From Candidatus Krumholzibacteriales bacterium (GTDB lineage: Bacteria; Krumholzibacteriota; Krumholzibacteriia; Krumholzibacteriales; WJIX01): a DNA stretch of 52,129 bases. Location: assembly GCA_046483305.1 (NCBI GenBank), contig JAWODM010000029.1:1-52129 (forward strand), read 5' to 3'. A program made the position numbers and the translations under genes. Shown in pieces: positions 48,325 through 52,129 of this stretch (positions are counted from its first letter, which is position 1; every line of letters starts with the position of its first letter). The notes under the pieces were generated by a model that worked only from the letters and a program-made list of their open reading frames with translations, ran no database searches and was not told the DNA's origin.

Positions 48325-48632
48325 TCATATTCCCGGTCCGGATTCCGCTCTGCCTGTCCCCGCAGGACTCTTTCATGCTGTTTAAATATCTCGTGAGTGC
48401 TCCAGAAGAGAGAAAATGCCAGAACTCCCGCAATCACAGAAACAAAATTGTTCTTAAAGAATATGGACGATACCCCAAGGATAAAACCGGGGATAAGGAA
48501 GAAAGGCCAGGCCTTCTTTCCTAAGCGGTACTCCACCACCTTTACTATCGGGTGAAAAACACCTATTACAATGAAAGAAAACAGGCCAACAAGAAAGCCC
48601 ATTATATTCAGATCACTCAGCAATTCCATCAT
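48321..48632 (-). CDS. DUF4491-like small membrane protein (paralogue)
   Basis: FIVIGVFHPIVKVVEY..FWSTHEIFKQHERV..NP; start set at ATG 48632 after GGGAGG. Confidence 0.8.
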   Translation of the reverse strand: MMELLSDLNIMGFLVGLFSFIVIGVFHPIVKVVEYRLGKKAWPFFLIPGFILGVSSIFFKNNFVSVIAGVLAFSLFWSTHEIFKQHERVLRGQAERNPDREYE

Positions 48633-48680
48633 ATCAAAGCCCTCCCGGTTACATCCCTGAATCAAACCCACCAACCGGAA

Positions 48681-48731
48681 TTTAATAAGTCTGTTGGATT
48701 ATTAAAGAACATAGGAGATATGTCAAGACAT
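48681..48731 (-). promoter_or_regulatory. Putative promoter and operator of the DUF4491-TBDR-MFS-hemN-hemY unit
   Basis: Minus strand TTGACA (48726-21)-17 bp-AATAAT (48703-698); inverted repeat TTTAATAA-N10-TTATTAAA (48681-706) and ATGTC-AA-GACAT (48720-31). Confidence 0.55.
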
Positions 48732-48827
48732 GCCATGCCGCCCCCGAATGCGCGGGCAGCGTTTTAATAATATGTATAAACTCATAACTTCAGCGCGGAT
48801 AATATTTTCAGTAATCTATGAATCATC

Positions 48828-50000
48828 CTATATCGTGTTAATTAACGCTTTGTAGAACCGGCAGGCATCTGTTATCTGATCCAGCCGGCAGCGCTCATTG
48901 TTCATGTGAGCCGATTTATACTCACCCGGCCCGAATCCTATTACCGGTATTCCCATACTTGCCGGGGCCACCGCGTTGGTGCTGAAATCCCAGAATTCGT
49001 ATCTATCGGGGTCAACCCCGAAGGTATTACGGTATGCCGCAATACATGCCCGGAAAAGTTCATGTTCAGGGTCGATCTCCCATGCCGGATGAAACGGCAG
49101 ATATTCGACATTCATGCCGGTCCAGCTTTTTCTCAGAATTTTTATTATCTCCCAGGAGGCATTCTTCCCCTGTATTATCCGGTCCATCTCATCTCTAATA
49201 TCGCTCCTGGTCTCCCCTGGCGCCAATCTTCTGTCCAGATGAGCCTCACACTCTGAAGGCACCGCATTCAGAGATTCGCTCCTGCTGGAAATCTTCGACA
49301 TAACCAGCGTTCCCGACAGGCCGTCTTTCTTAATCAGTCCCTTATTGGTTCTTTCCACCCGCCGGATAATATCAGCCATTTCATATATTGCGTTGACTCC
49401 CTTCTCCGGAGCAGAGCCGTGAGCGGACACTCCGCGGATCCTTACATTTATCTGTGCCTTGCCCTTGTGCCCAAGAACGATCCTGTTCCCGGAAGGCTCG
49501 CAGATAATAACGCAGTCCGGCCTGAGATCGAGTTCTCTGAAAAGGTGCCGGAGGTTCTCCCCGTCGCAGTCTTCCTCCAGCACGGTGCAGGAAACATAAA
49601 CCGATTTGCCGGAATCCAGTCCCTCCTTCTTTGCCTCAGCCGCCGCGTAAATCGACGCGGCTGCCCCGGATTTCATATCGGCTGCCCCCCTTCCGTATAT
49701 ATATCCGTCTATTATCTTTCCGCTGAATGGGGAAACATCCCAATTCTCCTGATCGGCCGCCTCGACAGTATCGACATGTGAATCAAACAGTATCGGATTA
49801 TCGCCTCTGCCAACCCTTCCCAGCAGATTTCCCATTGAATCGACCTTTACTTCGTCGTAATCCAGCGATTTCATTTTCTTTTCTATGAACTTTATTATCT
49901 CTTCTTCATTCCCGGATACACTTTTTATTTTAACCAGATCGCTGGCGAAACTGATAACTTCTTTTTCCGTTTCCGGTGAAATTAATTCTTTGCCGCTCAA
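48828..50000 (-). CDS. M20 metallohydrolase, YgeY/ArgE-DapE-like
   Basis: FDSHVDTV, YGRGAADMK, EEDCDG, EPS, GHKG, SAHGSAPEKG, FSTNA, GFGPG..AH; probable TTG start at 50000 after GAGGT. Confidence 0.88.
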   Translation of the reverse strand: MSGKELISPETEKEVISFASDLVKIKSVSGNEEEIIKFIEKKMKSLDYDEVKVDSMGNLLGRVGRGDNPILFDSHVDTVEAADQENWDVSPFSGKIIDGYIYGRGAADMKSGAAASIYAAAEAKKEGLDSGKSVYVSCTVLEEDCDGENLRHLFRELDLRPDCVIICEPSGNRIVLGHKGKAQINVRIRGVSAHGSAPEKGVNAIYEMADIIRRVERTNKGLIKKDGLSGTLVMSKISSRSESLNAVPSECEAHLDRRLAPGETRSDIRDEMDRIIQGKNASWEIIKILRKSWTGMNVEYLPFHPAWEIDPEHELFRACIAAYRNTFGVDPDRYEFWDFSTNAVAPASMGIPVIGFGPGEYKSAHMNNERCRLDQITDACRFYKALINTI

Positions 50001-50081
50001 ATTATTTACCTCGCTGTTATACAGGGATCCGTTGTGGTACCTGGCGGCCATTTGGAATTATTCTCCGGCGCCCTTCTATTA

Positions 50082-51293
50082 TCAGTTGCCGGATGGCATC
50101 ATCCGGTATATCTCCCCTTCTATGGCAACCACATATAACTCGCCATCATCATCCTCTCCGAAGCTTACAATCCGCATGCTTGTATCCAGTAATACTTCCG
50201 CTTCTATCTCTCCGGCAACATTCTTCATCCCCCAGATGGCCCCCTCACAGAAATCGGCAAAGAAATAAATGCCTTCCATGCCGGGATATGAACTGCCCCG
50301 GTACACGTAACCGCCGGTTATTGAACATCCCTGGTCGTGGCCATATTCAAAGACCGGAAGGGTCAACCCTTCCCGGCCACAGGTATCGGCCTGATAGCAG
50401 TGGAACCCCTCCATGATATTCCACCCGAAGTTGAGGCCGCCTTCGCTGTATCGATCCTGAAAATCAATCTCCTCCCAGAGGCCCTGGCCCACATCACCTA
50501 TATAGAGGGCGCCGGATTTCCTATCGAAGGAAAACCTCCAGGGATTGCGGAGCCCGTATGCCCATATCTCTTCCCTGAACTCCTGGCTCCCCGCGTAAGG
50601 ATTATCAGGAGGGATAGCATAGGGCTGCTCTGAGCCACCGACATCCAGGCGCAGAATGGAACCATGAAGCGTCCGCCTGTTCTGGGCGTTGCCGTCCGGG
50701 TCGCCCGCTCCCCCCCCATCGCCGAGAGCTATATACAGGTAGCCGTCCGGCCCGAAGGCCATCATGCCTCCGTTATGATTTGTATACGGCTGGGAAACCA
50801 GCAGTATTTCTTCCTCGCTATATTCTAAAACCCTGTTGGAATCCTCTGGATCCACACTGTATCGGGCAACTACTGTCGCGCCGTCAACATCCCGGGTGTA
50901 ATTAACGTAAAAATTATTACTAGTTTTAAAACCTGGAGGAAAAGCTACTGACAGAAGCCCCCTCTCTCCGCCGTAAACGACCCTGGAGCTCAGATCGAGA
51001 AATGGTTCGGACAGAAGTGTGTCGCCATGCAGTATCCTTATGTATCCGGGCTGTTCCACCACGAAGAGCCGGCCGGTTCCGTCACCGGCTCCTGTTACCT
51101 GCAGGGGTGAGTTAAAACCGTCCGCCACCAGGACCAGCTCTATGGAGGGCATCTCAAAACCTGAAGGTCCCGCTCCCCTGTCATCATCACATCCGAACAT
51201 CATCACGGAAATAAGACAAAGCAGCGTTAGGCAAAGAGGCGGAACTCCTAATAAAGAACCGGATGAACATTTGTTGCATCGAAGAAATGACAT
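50082..51293 (-). CDS. PQQ-dependent sugar dehydrogenase (GSDH) family lipoprotein
   Basis: Lipobox MFGC; GERGLLS, NHNGGMMAFGPDGYLY, AYGLRNPWRFSFD, WEEID, SFGEDDDGELY. Confidence 0.92.
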   Translation of the reverse strand: MSFLRCNKCSSGSLLGVPPLCLTLLCLISVMMFGCDDDRGAGPSGFEMPSIELVLVADGFNSPLQVTGAGDGTGRLFVVEQPGYIRILHGDTLLSEPFLDLSSRVVYGGERGLLSVAFPPGFKTSNNFYVNYTRDVDGATVVARYSVDPEDSNRVLEYSEEEILLVSQPYTNHNGGMMAFGPDGYLYIALGDGGGAGDPDGNAQNRRTLHGSILRLDVGGSEQPYAIPPDNPYAGSQEFREEIWAYGLRNPWRFSFDRKSGALYIGDVGQGLWEEIDFQDRYSEGGLNFGWNIMEGFHCYQADTCGREGLTLPVFEYGHDQGCSITGGYVYRGSSYPGMEGIYFFADFCEGAIWGMKNVAGEIEAEVLLDTSMRIVSFGEDDDGELYVVAIEGEIYRMMPSGN

Positions 51294-51442
51294 CGCTTAC
51301 TCCTTGATCAGCGGAGGGAAAGAAAAGGGATGTCGGCCTGTTTTTATTCAACTATAAGTCAGACAGAGAGCAGGTTCAAAGAGAATTAATAGCCGATTCT
51401 ATTATTCACCATAATCCCGGCCTGTTTCATTCATGAACGGAA

Positions 51443-52099
51443 TCATAATCCGTCCTGAAAGTTCTTCGGCTTATAAAGCCCCGAGCTGCGCCCCAGCATT
51501 ACCAGTCGTACCGCAAGGGCCGTCATAAACAGCCCTACCACAGGCCAGATATCCATTATTCCCACATCCGAAGGCGGCCAGGGAAAAGTAGCCGCATTAA
51601 CCGCTGCGAGTAGCGCGCCCAGCACCATCGCCGGTATAGCCCACACCGGCCCCAGCACAGATCGCGGTTTCATCGCAACCCCCAGGAATATCAGAGCCGC
51701 GGCCAGCAGCATATCCCGGGCCGCATCCAGTCCCAGATCGACCATCCGCAAACCCCGGTTCAACGCCCCGGAAGCCTGCTCATTCAGCCCTTCGGTAATT
51801 TCGGGGATTCCGGCGCCGGCTGCAAGCTGGACTGTCATCATCGCAAGCACCATGGCAAATGCGGCTGCGGCAAAAACGAAAGCCAGCCTGTTGGCGTGGG
51901 ACTGCCGGACAGAAGCTATATAGCTGTAAAGGCCGTAAACGAAAATGACGCTGAGAACGGGCCAGGCGGAAGCTATCACCAGCGAAGCGGACAGTCCGAA
52001 CCCGGTCTCCGGCCAGGGCAGAGCTATTGCCAGTATGTAGCAGGCTGTTCCACAGATTCCCGCTATCCCGCTCTTAATCCATAGAGAATTTCCAGACAT
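51443..52099 (-). CDS. Integral membrane protein of unknown function
   Basis: 218 aa, about 6 TM helices; AAGGGGG RBS upstream. Confidence 0.7.
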   Translation of the reverse strand: MSGNSLWIKSGIAGICGTACYILAIALPWPETGFGLSASLVIASAWPVLSVIFVYGLYSYIASVRQSHANRLAFVFAAAAFAMVLAMMTVQLAAGAGIPEITEGLNEQASGALNRGLRMVDLGLDAARDMLLAAALIFLGVAMKPRSVLGPVWAIPAMVLGALLAAVNAATFPWPPSDVGIMDIWPVVGLFMTALAVRLVMLGRSSGLYKPKNFQDGL

Positions 52100-52129
52100 G
52101 AAACACCCCTTTCCGTATAGAATCCCCTG

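Noticed and set aside
48798..48816. Possible Fur box GATAATATTTTCAGTAATC
   Set aside because: Only 11/19 matches to GATAATGATAATCATTATC in AT-rich DNA and about 70 bp upstream of the promoter.

Overview
A 52-kb bacterial chromosomal segment with no CRISPR array, prophage or transposase. A secreted protein ending in a 'YQNxPNPFNPST' FlgD-Ig/T9SS-like tail, a FadL-like beta-barrel and an anaerobic-type POR suggest a diderm anaerobe of the FCB radiation (e.g. Krumholzibacteriota/Latescibacterota; inference only). The first 41 kb is on the + strand: end of a sulfation locus, OPT transporter, lipoprotein/OM barrel/TPR genes, cyclophilin, mnmA, tRNAs (Ser-TGA, Ser-GCT, Arg-ACG), a 2-oxoacid oxidoreductase operon whose delta subunit carries an inserted GltD/NfnA-like flavoprotein, an orphan pilin, tadA-tRNA(Ser,Ser,Ala)-large SRP RNA-dnaX-ybaB-recR-mglB-mglA, pgpA-cinA-thpR-recA-recX-alaS, and a surface-glycan cluster (SLBB protein, gmhA, GT4, WecA-CapD fusion, O-antigen ligase), then an LVIVD protein and a UbiA-family gene. 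The last 11 kb is on the - strand. Top leads: (1) a compact DUF4491x2-TonB receptor-RhtX-like MFS-HemN-HemY cassette that looks like a porphyrin/heme-precursor salvage system, with palindromes over its promoter; (2) an unannotated ~145-bp structured repeat present twice (24183-24326, 41393-41536; about 77% identical by hand alignment); (3) the PorD::GltD fusion; (4) a rod-shaped candidate ncRNA at 4569-4697. All family calls come from reading motifs, not from database searches.
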